This document shows positions 28,939 through 39,173 of a stretch of DNA of 64,000 bases, in pieces. Position 1 is the first letter of the stretch, and the number at the start of each line of letters is the position of its first letter. The notes beneath the pieces were generated by a model. It was not told the DNA's origin. It saw nothing but the letters and a program-made list of their open reading frames with translations, and ran no database searches. Both the position numbers and the translations under genes were made by a program. The DNA is from an uncultured Candidatus Saccharibacteria bacterium. Lineage in GTDB: Bacteria > Patescibacteriota > Minisyncoccia > Phycocordibacterales > DATGWK01. The stretch covers positions 24,601 through 88,600 of the forward strand of contig CAYVZB010000001.1 in assembly GCA_964456405.1 (NCBI GenBank), in the 5' to 3' direction.

Positions 28939-29035
28939 GATACCCTCCGCTATGAGAAAAAAACCTCCTAGACACAGCGAATTGCTGGTCTTTCTAGACG
29001 ACACTATAACAGATTAAACAATACTAGTCAATTAG

Positions 29036-29665
29036 TTACTTTTTGATCAAAATAGCTCGTACAGGAGCAGCTTCAAGGCCTATAAATTTAATAGGTAAGC
29101 AAAAGAGTTGGTATTCCCCTGTTTCAACTGCTTGTAAACTAATTCCTTCTAGGAGCGCAATGCCTTGTTCCAACAAAACCCTGTGCACGTCTGCAGCTTC
29201 ATCAAATTTTGCAATTGAAAGATAATCAACACCGATAAGCTTCATATCTCTTTTTGCTAACCACTCAGCACCACTGACAGAAATTCCAACATAATTTTTT
29301 GTAAATTCGTTCGTTGTACCCCACAGTTTTGAGTTTTTCGTTTTAAAAAGAATTCTTTGTGTTTGTTCTGGAATATTCAACTTTTCTAGTTCAGTTGCTC
29401 CAATTTCGTTTGCATTTGGCAATTCCACAACAAGAGAATCGCCAACAAATGTTTGAAGAGGTAATGCATCAATAGATTTTCCATTTTTAATAAAATGTTT
29501 TGGCGCATCGATATGCGTACCCGTATGCATACCCATTCGAATATTGCTGTCATTACACACGTCTCCCTTTTCTATACTTAGAAACTTAGGAAAATCTGGC
29601 CGAGCGGCTTTTGGCCAGACAGGAATTGAATCATCCACCGGAACTGAGATATCGATTATTTTCAT
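29036..29665 (-). CDS. cyclase-family protein (kynurenine formamidase / arylformamidase-like)
   Basis: 209 aa with HTGTHIDAPKHF, the metal-binding signature of the cyclase/KynB family. Confidence 0.8.
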   Translation of the reverse strand: MKIIDISVPVDDSIPVWPKAARPDFPKFLSIEKGDVCNDSNIRMGMHTGTHIDAPKHFIKNGKSIDALPLQTFVGDSLVVELPNANEIGATELEKLNIPEQTQRILFKTKNSKLWGTTNEFTKNYVGISVSGAEWLAKRDMKLIGVDYLSIAKFDEAADVHRVLLEQGIALLEGISLQAVETGEYQLFCLPIKFIGLEAAPVRAILIKK

Positions 29666-31518
29666 GGCTGAAGAATGATTTTAAACTTACTTCCCTCTCG
29701 AAGCAGATCCCAAGCTTTTTCAAAATCACTGAGAGGTAGTGTGTTTTCTAAAAATGGGTTCATATCAAGTTTTGGCATCATCTTAAGCGCAAGTTCAAAG
29801 TCCTCATCCTCTGCACCAACTGAACCAACAAAAACTTTTTCTAGCCCAACAAGATCTTCAAAATTGTAGCTAATATCTGCGTAAGGAAAGCCGAGGAGTA
29901 GTAGGGTTGCATCACCAGTACTACCGCGAAGAACAGCATTAAGTGCGTCGGCAGAACCAGTTGCCTCTATGATAAGTCTGAAGTGATCAATGTTTTCTAT
30001 TGTTGTAGATATTTTTTCAACTTTTTCCTCAAGAAGTTTGAGACGGTCAGGTCTTTTATCAAATACGGTTACCTTAAAACCCTCCAATGCGAGAACTTGT
30101 GCGGCAAAATTTCCAATTGGACCCGCGCCAACAATACCAATTTTTGCACCTGGAGTGAGACGACTCCTAACTCGTCGAATGCCACGAAGGACAACAGCGA
30201 GTGGCTCAGAAATCGCTGCGGTCTTTAGATCAATTTCCTTTGGTATGTGATGAATCGCATTACCTGGAACAATCACATACTTGCTATAAGCACCGTTGTG
30301 ATTAATCACACCGACCTCCTTTCGATCCTTCAATGAGCCTCGAGTAAGAATGCATTCTCCTACAACCCTATCTCCAACTTTGAAACGCTCGCGGAATTTA
30401 TTATTTGAGCCAACTCGCGCAATTGTTCCAGAAAATTCGTGACCGGGAATAATTGGATAATGCGCATAATGATCGCGATAGTACCCAAGTGTGCCTTCAA
30501 AAACCTCTAGATCGGTTCGACAAATACCAACATATGCAACCTGGATTAAAATATCGCCTGGACGCATTTCTGGTGCAGGAATTTCCTGATATCTGGCTTT
30601 CCCTTCTTTTTCAATAACAACAGCGTGGTTAACGCTCGGTAATGGGAAGTAGAGATTTTCTGTGTCCTTATCGATATCCAAACCTCGATCCTTGTACCAA
30701 CCTTGGCGACTTCCCTTCCACTGGTAGTAACGGAATCGAATAATTTCTTCGATACGATTAATAGAAAAATTCGGATACGAAGCAACAAGATCAGTACCGG
30801 TTCGCCATAGTAATGAGAAGTAACTCAACTTAACTTGAGGTGGATGAGCCATGCCAATACGAAATGCTGCGATTGCCTCTCGACGGTATCGGTTATAGAC
30901 CTGATGCCATTTTTCATTATGAATATGGTACACAACAGCACTCGGTTCATACACGACTTCAAACCCCTTACTACGTTGATGTTTTGCCCACTCAATATCT
31001 TCAAGACCAAACAGATTTTCATCAAACTGATGCTTTTCCCACAGCTCTTTTCTGATTGCTGAGTTTGCATTATTTGCAAAATCAAATGGTACACCCTTAT
31101 TAATTGGATGTTTTCCGAAAAGCCTTTTGAAATCTCTTTTTTCAGAGAACTTTGAGCTCACGTGGCCAACCTGTCTACCGTACAACATTGCAATCTTATT
31201 GTTCTTAAATCCATCAATGAGCTTTGAAACCCACCGCTCATCAACCGGCAAGACGTGTGCAGAAGCAAAAACAAGGTATTTTCCTTTTGCTTCTTTACAA
31301 CCAATATTCAATGCATATCCAAATGTAAAATCTCTGCTTTCAATTTTAAAAATTCTCGCTCCAAATTTTTCGGCAATTTCAAGTGTGCGGTCAGTAGATC
31401 CAGAATCAACAATGACCACTTCGAAGTTTTTATACTCTTGCTTCTTAACCGCTTCGAGTAAATTACCGAGATGTTTCTCTTCGTTATATGTGCGGATGAC
31501 AATACTAGTTTCAGGCAT
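29662..31518 (-). CDS. fusion protein: N-terminal family-2 glycosyltransferase, C-terminal Zn-dependent medium-chain dehydrogenase/reductase (sorbitol/threonine-DH-like)
   Basis: 618 aa. N-terminus IVIRTYNEEKHL...VVIVDSGSTDRT (GT2). C-terminus has GICRTDLEVFEG, PIIPGHEFSGTI (Zn-ADH signature) and GAGPIGNFAAQV (Rossmann). Confidence 0.75.
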   Translation of the reverse strand: MPETSIVIRTYNEEKHLGNLLEAVKKQEYKNFEVVIVDSGSTDRTLEIAEKFGARIFKIESRDFTFGYALNIGCKEAKGKYLVFASAHVLPVDERWVSKLIDGFKNNKIAMLYGRQVGHVSSKFSEKRDFKRLFGKHPINKGVPFDFANNANSAIRKELWEKHQFDENLFGLEDIEWAKHQRSKGFEVVYEPSAVVYHIHNEKWHQVYNRYRREAIAAFRIGMAHPPQVKLSYFSLLWRTGTDLVASYPNFSINRIEEIIRFRYYQWKGSRQGWYKDRGLDIDKDTENLYFPLPSVNHAVVIEKEGKARYQEIPAPEMRPGDILIQVAYVGICRTDLEVFEGTLGYYRDHYAHYPIIPGHEFSGTIARVGSNNKFRERFKVGDRVVGECILTRGSLKDRKEVGVINHNGAYSKYVIVPGNAIHHIPKEIDLKTAAISEPLAVVLRGIRRVRSRLTPGAKIGIVGAGPIGNFAAQVLALEGFKVTVFDKRPDRLKLLEEKVEKISTTIENIDHFRLIIEATGSADALNAVLRGSTGDATLLLLGFPYADISYNFEDLVGLEKVFVGSVGAEDEDFELALKMMPKLDMNPFLENTLPLSDFEKAWDLLREGSKFKIILQP

Positions 31519-32296
31519 ACGTCTTTACAAGTGGGTCGGTCGCCATTTTTGCATCAACTTTTTTCAAATCTTCCGGAGTATCAACGCTGTATGTTTCAAA
31601 TTCTTCGTAGACCATTTTTACCTTGTGTCCCTTTTCAAGAACTCGAAGCATGTCGATAGATTCGATACCTTCGAGTAACGTTCTGCCCCACATATTAAAT
31701 TGCTCCAGAAAATCTCGCCTAAATGGAATGACGCAAACCTGCTTGTACATTGGGATTGAATCGCCTTTGAATTTTTTCCAAGACGGAATCGGTTCGCGAG
31801 ACATGTATATAGCAAAATTTTGTTCGTCGACAACCACCTTTGGACAATTCATGTCGTTGTGCTCTTCTCGGCTTCGGATTGGTGCCATCAAATTTAAAAC
31901 TTCAATCGAATCATCTTCAAGCATTGGCTTTACTGCCATATCAATCATTTCTGGAACAATCATTGGCTCATCACCTTGAAGCATCACGACGATGTCAGTC
32001 TTTTGCCTGGTTTCCTTTTCTACTTTTAAAATAACTTCAGCAGTGATATCAGAACAACCGGGATGGTCATTTCGACCAATCACTGCTTTTGCTCCAATAG
32101 ATTCTGCATATTTCTTGATAACTTTATCAGGAGTAGCAATATACACTTCATCAAGCATTTTGCTCATTTTGGCTCGTTTATAGCAGTGACCAATCATCGG
32201 CATACCCTGGATCATTTCCATAGGTTTACCAGGATAACGAGATGAACCCATTCGAGCTGGAATAATGCCTATAATATTGAGTTTTTTGGTGCTCAT
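31511..32296 (-). CDS. sugar-nucleotide cytidylyltransferase (KdsB / acylneuraminate cytidylyltransferase family)
   Basis: 261 aa. IGIIPARMGSSRYPGKP N-terminal nucleotide-binding motif, typical of CMP-Kdo and CMP-NeuAc synthetases. Confidence 0.7.
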   Translation of the reverse strand: MSTKKLNIIGIIPARMGSSRYPGKPMEMIQGMPMIGHCYKRAKMSKMLDEVYIATPDKVIKKYAESIGAKAVIGRNDHPGCSDITAEVILKVEKETRQKTDIVVMLQGDEPMIVPEMIDMAVKPMLEDDSIEVLNLMAPIRSREEHNDMNCPKVVVDEQNFAIYMSREPIPSWKKFKGDSIPMYKQVCVIPFRRDFLEQFNMWGRTLLEGIESIDMLRVLEKGHKVKMVYEEFETYSVDTPEDLKKVDAKMATDPLVKTYA

Positions 32297-32313
32297 GAGG
32301 CTATTATAGCTGT

Positions 32314-33225
32314 TTATTTCACCTCTTCCAATGATAGGTTTTTAATTATCTCAAACTGCTTTTCTAAACTTCCGTATCGTTGAATCGTCACTGGATTTGG
32401 ATAAAATGCCTCCTCAGCTGAGAGTTCCTTAAATTTTCCTTGGACCACATCCTTCCTAAGAAAGAAAGCATCATGACCATGTGTATCGCAAGCAACCAAA
32501 ACATATCCTTTTGTGTGGGCAAGTCTTACAAGAGCCGGTAACGAAACTCCGAAGTACAACGGATTTTCTTTGTAAGTATTTTGGAAATGAAATTTTGGAT
32601 CGTACTTCATGGTGACTGAATTCAAACCGAAAGCCGCGTTGTATTCCATTACAACAACCCGCGGATTGATTACTGAGATGTTTTTCCAAACAAAATAGTC
32701 ATTGCTATCGATATCAACTGAAAGCAAATCAATTTCTCCTGAGATACCAGCATCAGCAATCGTTTTATTAATATTTTCTGCTGTAACAAAGCTTGTAACA
32801 ATTTTTACCTTGCCTGATCGAGAGCCTAGTTTCTCTTTGTAAAAAGTTCTGGCAGAATTTAGCCATCCATCATTAGCGTCAATCATTAGTCCATTCCAAC
32901 CAAAATTCAAAGCGAGGTTTGCAGTATTACATTCCCTGCCCTGTTCAACTCCAATTTCAACAAATGTTCTGTTTGTAACGCCAATTTTTGAGAATAGGAA
33001 TGCAAGAATTCCGTCATTTCCGTGTTTTGAATACACCTTGAATTCAGCGTTTCGAAATACAGTTTTCTGATCCATATCTGGGGCAGCAATTTCGTAGTTC
33101 CGAGTAAGAAAATCGTTCATTATACGTTCTTCCAACACATCAATTTTCTCTGGATAGATAATTTTTCTCACAGCTGCGAATAATCGATACGGCACATACT
33201 TTTTGATTATTTGTTTAATTGTCAT
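32314..33225 (-). CDS. FkbM-family methyltransferase-like protein
   Basis: 303 aa. IDLLSVDIDSNDYFVW...VVMEYN resembles the FkbM IDLLKIDVEG block. Confidence 0.45.
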   Translation of the reverse strand: MTIKQIIKKYVPYRLFAAVRKIIYPEKIDVLEERIMNDFLTRNYEIAAPDMDQKTVFRNAEFKVYSKHGNDGILAFLFSKIGVTNRTFVEIGVEQGRECNTANLALNFGWNGLMIDANDGWLNSARTFYKEKLGSRSGKVKIVTSFVTAENINKTIADAGISGEIDLLSVDIDSNDYFVWKNISVINPRVVVMEYNAAFGLNSVTMKYDPKFHFQNTYKENPLYFGVSLPALVRLAHTKGYVLVACDTHGHDAFFLRKDVVQGKFKELSAEEAFYPNPVTIQRYGSLEKQFEIIKNLSLEEVK

Positions 33226-34459
33226 GTTTGGTGAGTAACTGCTCGTAATGCTCTAAAAGTTCTTGAGTCTTTGCATGCGATGAAAAGGCTGTGATTACCC
33301 TTCTTCGACCAGCCTCGCCGAAACGTTTACTTTTTTCTTCATCAAGGAGCAAATCAATTACTTTCTCAGCCATCTCATCAATGTGATGCGGATCGATTAC
33401 ATACCCAGTCTCTCCATCTACAACAATTTCTGAGGCGCCGCCGTAACAGGTTCCAACGACCGGTCGACCAGCCGCCATCGCCTCAACAACCAGTCGCGGA
33501 AGTGAATCGAAAATAACTGACGGAACAAGAACCACGTCTGCGCATGCGTAGGCGAATTTCATTTCATGTTCCGAAATCCAGCCAGTAAAAATGAGCCTGC
33601 CACCGAGCCCGAGCTTTTCAGCCTCTTTTTGCATTCTTTCGGTATACTCATCTACCCTTCCCGCCACAAGCAGGACTGCATTTGGTACTCGGTCGACTAT
33701 TTTGACCAATGCCTCAATTGCCTTATCACCCCCCTTTGCGGCACTCAGTCTGCCGCCAAATAGAATTACTTTTTTATTTTCCACACCAAATTTCTGTTTG
33801 TATTTTTGCACTTCTTCAGCTGACACATTCCATGATCCAACATCAGCGCCGGTATGTAACACTTCCACATTTCTGATTCCGTTAGCGTCTAGTGCGTCCT
33901 TGAGTGCATAACTTACCGCAAATCTTTTATCTACTCCGGCTAAATATTTCCTGATGATTATGTTTCTAAATGGATTCCAGCGCTTTCGAGCAAGTTTGAT
34001 GTGATCAATCCAGGTTGTTTTGTAATCAAGACGGTCCAAGTACTGTGGAGTTTTCAACTTTCCATAGGTAAACGACATGACATCTCGAGCAGTCCACACG
34101 ACCGCCTTTGCATACTTCTTAGCAATTTTTAGTGAATGATATGAAAGATATGTGTGAATATTATTTGCGTGAACAATATCTGGCTTAAGATCTTTAAGAA
34201 TTCTTTCTACTTTTCTTACAGCCTTCGGATTGTAGAGACTAACATATGCTCTCCATCGTGGATTGTAGTCACTTTGAATTCTAATTACTGTAAGCCCTTC
34301 ATACTCAAACTCTTGGGCGTCTGCAACAGATCGACATGTTGTGATAACAAACACTTCATGACCAGCATCTTTAACAGCTAATGCCATTTTGAATGTTGAG
34401 ATTCCTGCTCCACCCAATGCCCGTGGTGGAAAGTCATCGGCTAAATACACGATTCTCAT
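33215..34459 (-). CDS. glycosyltransferase family 4 (GT-B)
   Basis: Start taken at the ATG at 34459 (MRIVYLADDF...), which forms an ATGA overlap with the upstream gene. C-terminal EGLPRLVVEAMAAGRPVV block typical of GT4. Confidence 0.8.
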   Translation of the reverse strand: MRIVYLADDFPPRALGGAGISTFKMALAVKDAGHEVFVITTCRSVADAQEFEYEGLTVIRIQSDYNPRWRAYVSLYNPKAVRKVERILKDLKPDIVHANNIHTYLSYHSLKIAKKYAKAVVWTARDVMSFTYGKLKTPQYLDRLDYKTTWIDHIKLARKRWNPFRNIIIRKYLAGVDKRFAVSYALKDALDANGIRNVEVLHTGADVGSWNVSAEEVQKYKQKFGVENKKVILFGGRLSAAKGGDKAIEALVKIVDRVPNAVLLVAGRVDEYTERMQKEAEKLGLGGRLIFTGWISEHEMKFAYACADVVLVPSVIFDSLPRLVVEAMAAGRPVVGTCYGGASEIVVDGETGYVIDPHHIDEMAEKVIDLLLDEEKSKRFGEAGRRRVITAFSSHAKTQELLEHYEQLLTKHDN

Positions 34460-36231
34460 TTTGTTGTATAAATCACAATATCGCCAAATACTGCCGCTTT
34501 TTTCAGAAACATGTACTGTTCTAATGCCCAATCCGGATCATTCTTTTTATCCCAAACAATATATTTGATCTCGTATTTAGAAAGCATATCTTCTATCCAA
34601 CGAGCACTTGGAGTGGTAAGTGTCTTTTTATACAGTTCGATTATCTCATTTATCTTTTCATCACTTACAGCATCATAGTCTCCATAGAGTTTTCGGTAAT
34701 AAATACCATATATCTGAGTCGAAATAAATCCACGCTCTCTTTCAAAAACCTCATTCACAGTATCAACCCCAACACCCCTAATTCGATAAAACAAAAAAAC
34801 GGTATCGAGCATTTGTTCATCCGTTGCAGAAAGAGTCGTGCAACACACTGCTCGATGAAATAAAACATTAAGTGGAGTATAGATCACAGTTAAATGCGAC
34901 GTTTCATCATTTCCCAAAACCATTTCTTCCTTTTCGCCGTGGGCATTGAGCCATGCCATTACGGGCGCATATTTCTGCCTCTCTACGGCAACACTTCCAC
35001 CGTCCTTCCTTTCATACCAATACGAATGAATCTGAACAAAAGTACCAGTCACAATACTGACTAGAATAATTCCGATAGCCAAAATCTTTTTTTGTCGAAC
35101 AAAACCACGACGTTCAAGAACAAAAAATAAAGTCATTACAACAAGAAGCACGGCGATTGGCTTATGAAAGAACCAGTGATAATGATCAGCCTGCATAATT
35201 TTTCCCGTCAGAATTTGTTGGTTCATTGTCAGAAATGGGGTAACAAGTAAGGCCAAACCAAAAATCCTCCTGTCACCCTGATCTTTTGGAAAGAAAATGT
35301 AAAAAATAATGAGCGCAAAGATAACCGTTGTCCCAACGAACAATGGTTGATGTGTCATTATAATTCCCAACCGTTTTCCAACCTCTTCATACGCTGGGAA
35401 ATGACTTGCCCTATAGAGATTAATGAAATACGGGATTGCCAAAACAGCTCCAAAGAAATAGACACTACCGACCTCGAGTGCTTCTCGCCAACGTTTTTGA
35501 AAAATTAGGAATAGCGTAAAAAAACCACCAAATGCATACAAATACGTCCATGAATAAAAATAGTTGTAGAAATTCAGACTCAGCAAAACTGAGCTAATCA
35601 CACCTGGCCCGAGTCTTTTTTCTTTAAAAAATTTCCAAAAATAAATCAAGAAACCGAAAAAGAAAACATAGATCATGGCAGGATTAACTGGCCTTGCAAT
35701 TCTCAAAAAACTTTCAGGACTGACACCATGGATCAAAGATGATATTCCCGTGTAGGTAAGAAATGGGTCTGCAAGAAGAAAAATTGCCGCAATTACAATA
35801 GAAACTAATTTGTCACGGGAAAGCAAAAGCGCGAACCAATAAATAAGTAAAAAAACAACAAACGGTAGGACAATTCGAGAAAGTAAAATCGTGTTATTTA
35901 TTCCAAGCGAAAACAACATTCCCATGTAGGCAACAATCATTGAGCCAAGTGGCTGAAACAAATACGGATTATCCTTACCTTGCTTATTATAGATATTTCC
36001 AAACGAGTGCCCGTCTTGAATTTCTCGAACACGGGGTGACCATGGTGAATCGGGTAACAGTTCAATACGTTCTGTGCTTTGTTCCGGAACCTTGTGTTCA
36101 ATACGAAAGAGAATTTGCGGCAGAACCACTAATATAGAGACAAAAATCGCACATGCCAGCGCTCCCCAATGACTAATTATGAAATCTTTAATTTTTAATT
36201 TCATGTCTGATTTATTTAGCGGACTTAGCAC
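34456..36231 (-). CDS. large polytopic membrane protein, GT-C-like glycosyltransferase or polymerase (alternative start at 36204)
   Basis: 591 aa with >12 TM segments in the N-terminal two-thirds and a soluble C-terminal domain. This architecture fits ArnT/PMT-like GT-C enzymes. No motif-level assignment. Confidence 0.4.
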   Translation of the reverse strand: MLSPLNKSDMKLKIKDFIISHWGALACAIFVSILVVLPQILFRIEHKVPEQSTERIELLPDSPWSPRVREIQDGHSFGNIYNKQGKDNPYLFQPLGSMIVAYMGMLFSLGINNTILLSRIVLPFVVFLLIYWFALLLSRDKLVSIVIAAIFLLADPFLTYTGISSLIHGVSPESFLRIARPVNPAMIYVFFFGFLIYFWKFFKEKRLGPGVISSVLLSLNFYNYFYSWTYLYAFGGFFTLFLIFQKRWREALEVGSVYFFGAVLAIPYFINLYRASHFPAYEEVGKRLGIIMTHQPLFVGTTVIFALIIFYIFFPKDQGDRRIFGLALLVTPFLTMNQQILTGKIMQADHYHWFFHKPIAVLLVVMTLFFVLERRGFVRQKKILAIGIILVSIVTGTFVQIHSYWYERKDGGSVAVERQKYAPVMAWLNAHGEKEEMVLGNDETSHLTVIYTPLNVLFHRAVCCTTLSATDEQMLDTVFLFYRIRGVGVDTVNEVFERERGFISTQIYGIYYRKLYGDYDAVSDEKINEIIELYKKTLTTPSARWIEDMLSKYEIKYIVWDKKNDPDWALEQYMFLKKAAVFGDIVIYTTK

Positions 36232-36811
36232 TTACAACAATTGTCCAAGGGAATGGTGCTCTGGTTTTTTGAACTTCAAAAAATTTACCGACAAGTTTCC
36301 TAATACCTCTCGTTGACCAGTGTTGGATATGTTCAATATCATTACCCCACCTGGTTAGATTTTTACCACGCAAAAAATTAGCCATCTGAAAGAAGGGTTC
36401 GTTGGGTACCGAAACAATACAATATTTCCTGGCCACACGCTGGAGTTCCTTGAGCGCTCTTTCGGGGTACTCAAGATGTTCTAACACCTCAAGACACAGA
36501 ACAACATCAAATGAGTTGTCTTCGTATGGTAATTCATAAATATTACCCTGTTTTAAAGAAAGTTCGGGGTGGGTGATTTTTCCAAGTTGAATCGCACGAT
36601 CTAGAAAATCCAAGCCTTCAAGCCTTGTTCCAATGGCTGCCCTTCGAACTCTTTCTAGTGTGAACCCCTCACCACATCCTGCGTCAAGAATAGAATCTGG
36701 TCCTAGTGCTTTGAGCTCTGAAATAAATGTATCGAAAAAACGATCTATAAGAAATCTCTGCAGAAAATTTTTCGTAGTGTGTTTCTTGAAATTATCAGTT
36801 TTCATTTTCAT
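36212..36811 (-). CDS. class I SAM-dependent methyltransferase
   Basis: 199 aa. ILDAGCGEGFTL motif I and the LEVLEH motif. Confidence 0.75.
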   Translation of the reverse strand: MKMKTDNFKKHTTKNFLQRFLIDRFFDTFISELKALGPDSILDAGCGEGFTLERVRRAAIGTRLEGLDFLDRAIQLGKITHPELSLKQGNIYELPYEDNSFDVVLCLEVLEHLEYPERALKELQRVARKYCIVSVPNEPFFQMANFLRGKNLTRWGNDIEHIQHWSTRGIRKLVGKFFEVQKTRAPFPWTIVVSAKSAK

Positions 36812-37724
36812 TTCTTACAACATACACAGAACGGTTTGAATTCTGGCGAATAAGAAGTTCTGCCAGAAAACCTGATGAAAAGAGCTGAATTCCGACAATG
36901 ACCATGAGTACACCCAAAATTAGCAATGGTCGATTACCAATAGCAACCCCATCAAAAATCTTTATGTAAGCCAGATGAGAAAGCACCACAACTCCAACAA
37001 AAGAAAAGAGGCTACCGATCATACCAAAAAAATGCATTGGGCGATCAATAAATCGGCGAATAAGAAGAAGTGTAATGAAATCAAAAAAACTCTTTGAAAA
37101 TCGACGGAAATTGCCGTATTTAGAAACGCCGAATTTTCTGTCTCTGTGATTCACCGGAATCTCAGTTATTTTAAACCCGAGTGTTGAAACAAGCGCTGGA
37201 ATATATCTATGCATATCACCATAAAGATTGAGAGATTTTGTCACTTCCTTACGATACAATTTATAGCCGCAATTCATGTCGTGAACTCGTGTACCAGTAA
37301 AAAAACGGGTCAGGCTATTTGCCACTTTTGAAACACTTCGCTTGGCAAAACTATCGATTCGGTTTCTTTTCCAACCACATACCAAATCTGCCCGCTCGTC
37401 CTCCATCGCACTCAAAAAACGAGGGATTTCGTGCGGATCATCTTGCAAATCCCCATCCATAGTAAAAACATACTCCCCTTTTGCCGCTCTGAAACCTGCT
37501 TGGAGTGCCTGAGACTTGCCAAAATTCCTCGTAAACGCAATCAGGTTTATATTTTTTAACTTTTTAAGCTCAGAGATTGAATCATCTGTTGAGCCATCAT
37601 CAATAAAAATAATTTCAAATTGGTGACCCGTCTTTTGGAGGACACCAACAAGCTCACGGTAGAGCGTGGCCACACTCTGCCTTTCATTAAAGACCGGAAT
37701 AAGTACTGAAATCATGGTTTCCAA
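36795..37724 (-). CDS. polyprenol-phosphate glycosyltransferase (GT2, ArnC/DPM1-like)
   Basis: 309 aa. ISVLIPVFNE...IFIDDGSTD...FTMDGDLQDDP plus two C-terminal TM helices. Confidence 0.85.
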   Translation of the reverse strand: METMISVLIPVFNERQSVATLYRELVGVLQKTGHQFEIIFIDDGSTDDSISELKKLKNINLIAFTRNFGKSQALQAGFRAAKGEYVFTMDGDLQDDPHEIPRFLSAMEDERADLVCGWKRNRIDSFAKRSVSKVANSLTRFFTGTRVHDMNCGYKLYRKEVTKSLNLYGDMHRYIPALVSTLGFKITEIPVNHRDRKFGVSKYGNFRRFSKSFFDFITLLLIRRFIDRPMHFFGMIGSLFSFVGVVVLSHLAYIKIFDGVAIGNRPLLILGVLMVIVGIQLFSSGFLAELLIRQNSNRSVYVVRNENEN

Positions 37725-37729
37725 TTATG

Positions 37730-37984
37730 CTACACGACCTTAAGGAAATCAAACAACACGTAACGAATAATAAACGTTGTTGCAACTACAATAATACTGG
37801 AGATAACGGTCGGAATATCAATGATGTCGATAAGAAGCCAAAGAAGAAAAATGTTGAGTATAGAGATGAAAAGACTTGCCCAGGTGTAATGTATGAATTT
37901 TTTATCCAAAAACAATCTACCTATTGAATTTTGACGTCCACGAATGATTAATTTGCTCCAAAAACCATCTTCATTTGGCGTCAT
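37730..37984 (-). CDS. GtrA-family small membrane protein
   Basis: 84 aa hydrophobic protein immediately downstream of the ArnC-like GT2, which is the classical GtrA-GtrB pairing. Confidence 0.55.
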   Translation of the reverse strand: MTPNEDGFWSKLIIRGRQNSIGRLFLDKKFIHYTWASLFISILNIFLLWLLIDIIDIPTVISSIIVVATTFIIRYVLFDFLKVV

Positions 37985-37994
37985 AATTCTAAGA

Positions 37995-39155
37995 CTATAT
38001 CATGGTTTTTGTGCCAAGATCCAAGATTAGTTGATCAACAACTTTTGCTACATCTTCAACCGAAATTGATTTTGTTTGCCGTTCAGCTTCAGCAATATCA
38101 TACGTTCGAGCGTTAAGTATAGAGAGTTGAGCCTTGTTTCGTTGTGGCACAACATTTCTGTGAATAAATCCGCGAGGTGGTTGAACATTTTCATCCACAG
38201 GCCCCACAATATCGACTGTCGGTACATTGAATGCTTCGGCGATATAAATTGGACCAGTATCAACTGAAATGAAAAGATGAACCATCGATACGAACGCCTT
38301 TAATTCATCGATACTAAAATGCGTCACGGGTATTACAGAAATCCCCTCCTTAATCTGAGAAATCGTTTGGTTAACAAGATCACGATCATTTGGTCCGCCA
38401 ATAACAACCACTCTTGCATTGTGTTTCGTGACAAGATGTTCAGCAATTTTTGCAAACCGGTCCGATGGCCACTCCTTTATTTTATTACCAGCTGATGGAG
38501 AAATGACAGTAATAAAATCTAAATCAGGGTTAATGTGATTATCGATAAAGAACTTTTTAACATTATTAAATGCCACACTAGAATACCCAAGCTGTTTTTT
38601 AGTGTCAGATGAAAAAATTCCAATTGACTCAAGCACCTTCAGACGTTCACTGGGTGCATATCCATTAATGTCATATGGAAATGTCACAATGAATTTTTTA
38701 ATGAGTTGGTATGGCTTTGTTTCTGAGGGAGAGAAACCGTCAACGACTCGAGCAGATACCACGAATGGTATGCCGGCCACAAATGCCATGGCGGCTGGCA
38801 CAAATGATGGTCCGGTGATCAAGGCAACGTCAGCATTGACCTTTCTCAATTTCTCTATACCATCCTCATTTTGAATATCTACGTATTCATCGACCAAACC
38901 ACTGTTTTCAAGGACTGGTTTTTGAATTTTACTAGATCCAGCAACGACAATATGGATATCGGGCATTGCCTGGCGTATTGCTCGTAAAACTGGGGTGCCA
39001 CACACGACATCACCCAACTTACCCGTAAGCACAACAACAATTTTCTTTATTGAATGTGGGGCTTTTTGAGCTCTTCCATGAACTAGAAATGTTCCAATAC
39101 ACTGAACAAGGAGTCCGACACGGTAAAGTCTTTTACGAAGTCTGTGCATATACAA
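37995..39155 (-). CDS. glycosyltransferase family 9 (heptosyltransferase-like)
   Basis: 386 aa. IVVVLTGKLGDVVCGTPVLRAIRQAMPD is the GT9 N-terminal signature. Confidence 0.75.
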   Translation of the reverse strand: MYMHRLRKRLYRVGLLVQCIGTFLVHGRAQKAPHSIKKIVVVLTGKLGDVVCGTPVLRAIRQAMPDIHIVVAGSSKIQKPVLENSGLVDEYVDIQNEDGIEKLRKVNADVALITGPSFVPAAMAFVAGIPFVVSARVVDGFSPSETKPYQLIKKFIVTFPYDINGYAPSERLKVLESIGIFSSDTKKQLGYSSVAFNNVKKFFIDNHINPDLDFITVISPSAGNKIKEWPSDRFAKIAEHLVTKHNARVVVIGGPNDRDLVNQTISQIKEGISVIPVTHFSIDELKAFVSMVHLFISVDTGPIYIAEAFNVPTVDIVGPVDENVQPPRGFIHRNVVPQRNKAQLSILNARTYDIAEAERQTKSISVEDVAKVVDQLILDLGTKTMI

Positions 39156-39173
39156 GATAGAAACATACTTCCA

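Noticed and set aside
28339-28971. 210 aa plus-strand ORF across the GC-rich insert
   Set aside because: It is Arg-rich (about 20% R) with a low-complexity composition typical of antisense reading of GC-rich coding DNA. It overlaps the dehydrogenase 5' end and runs through the terminator hairpin. The minus-strand frame has a proper RBS and terminator.
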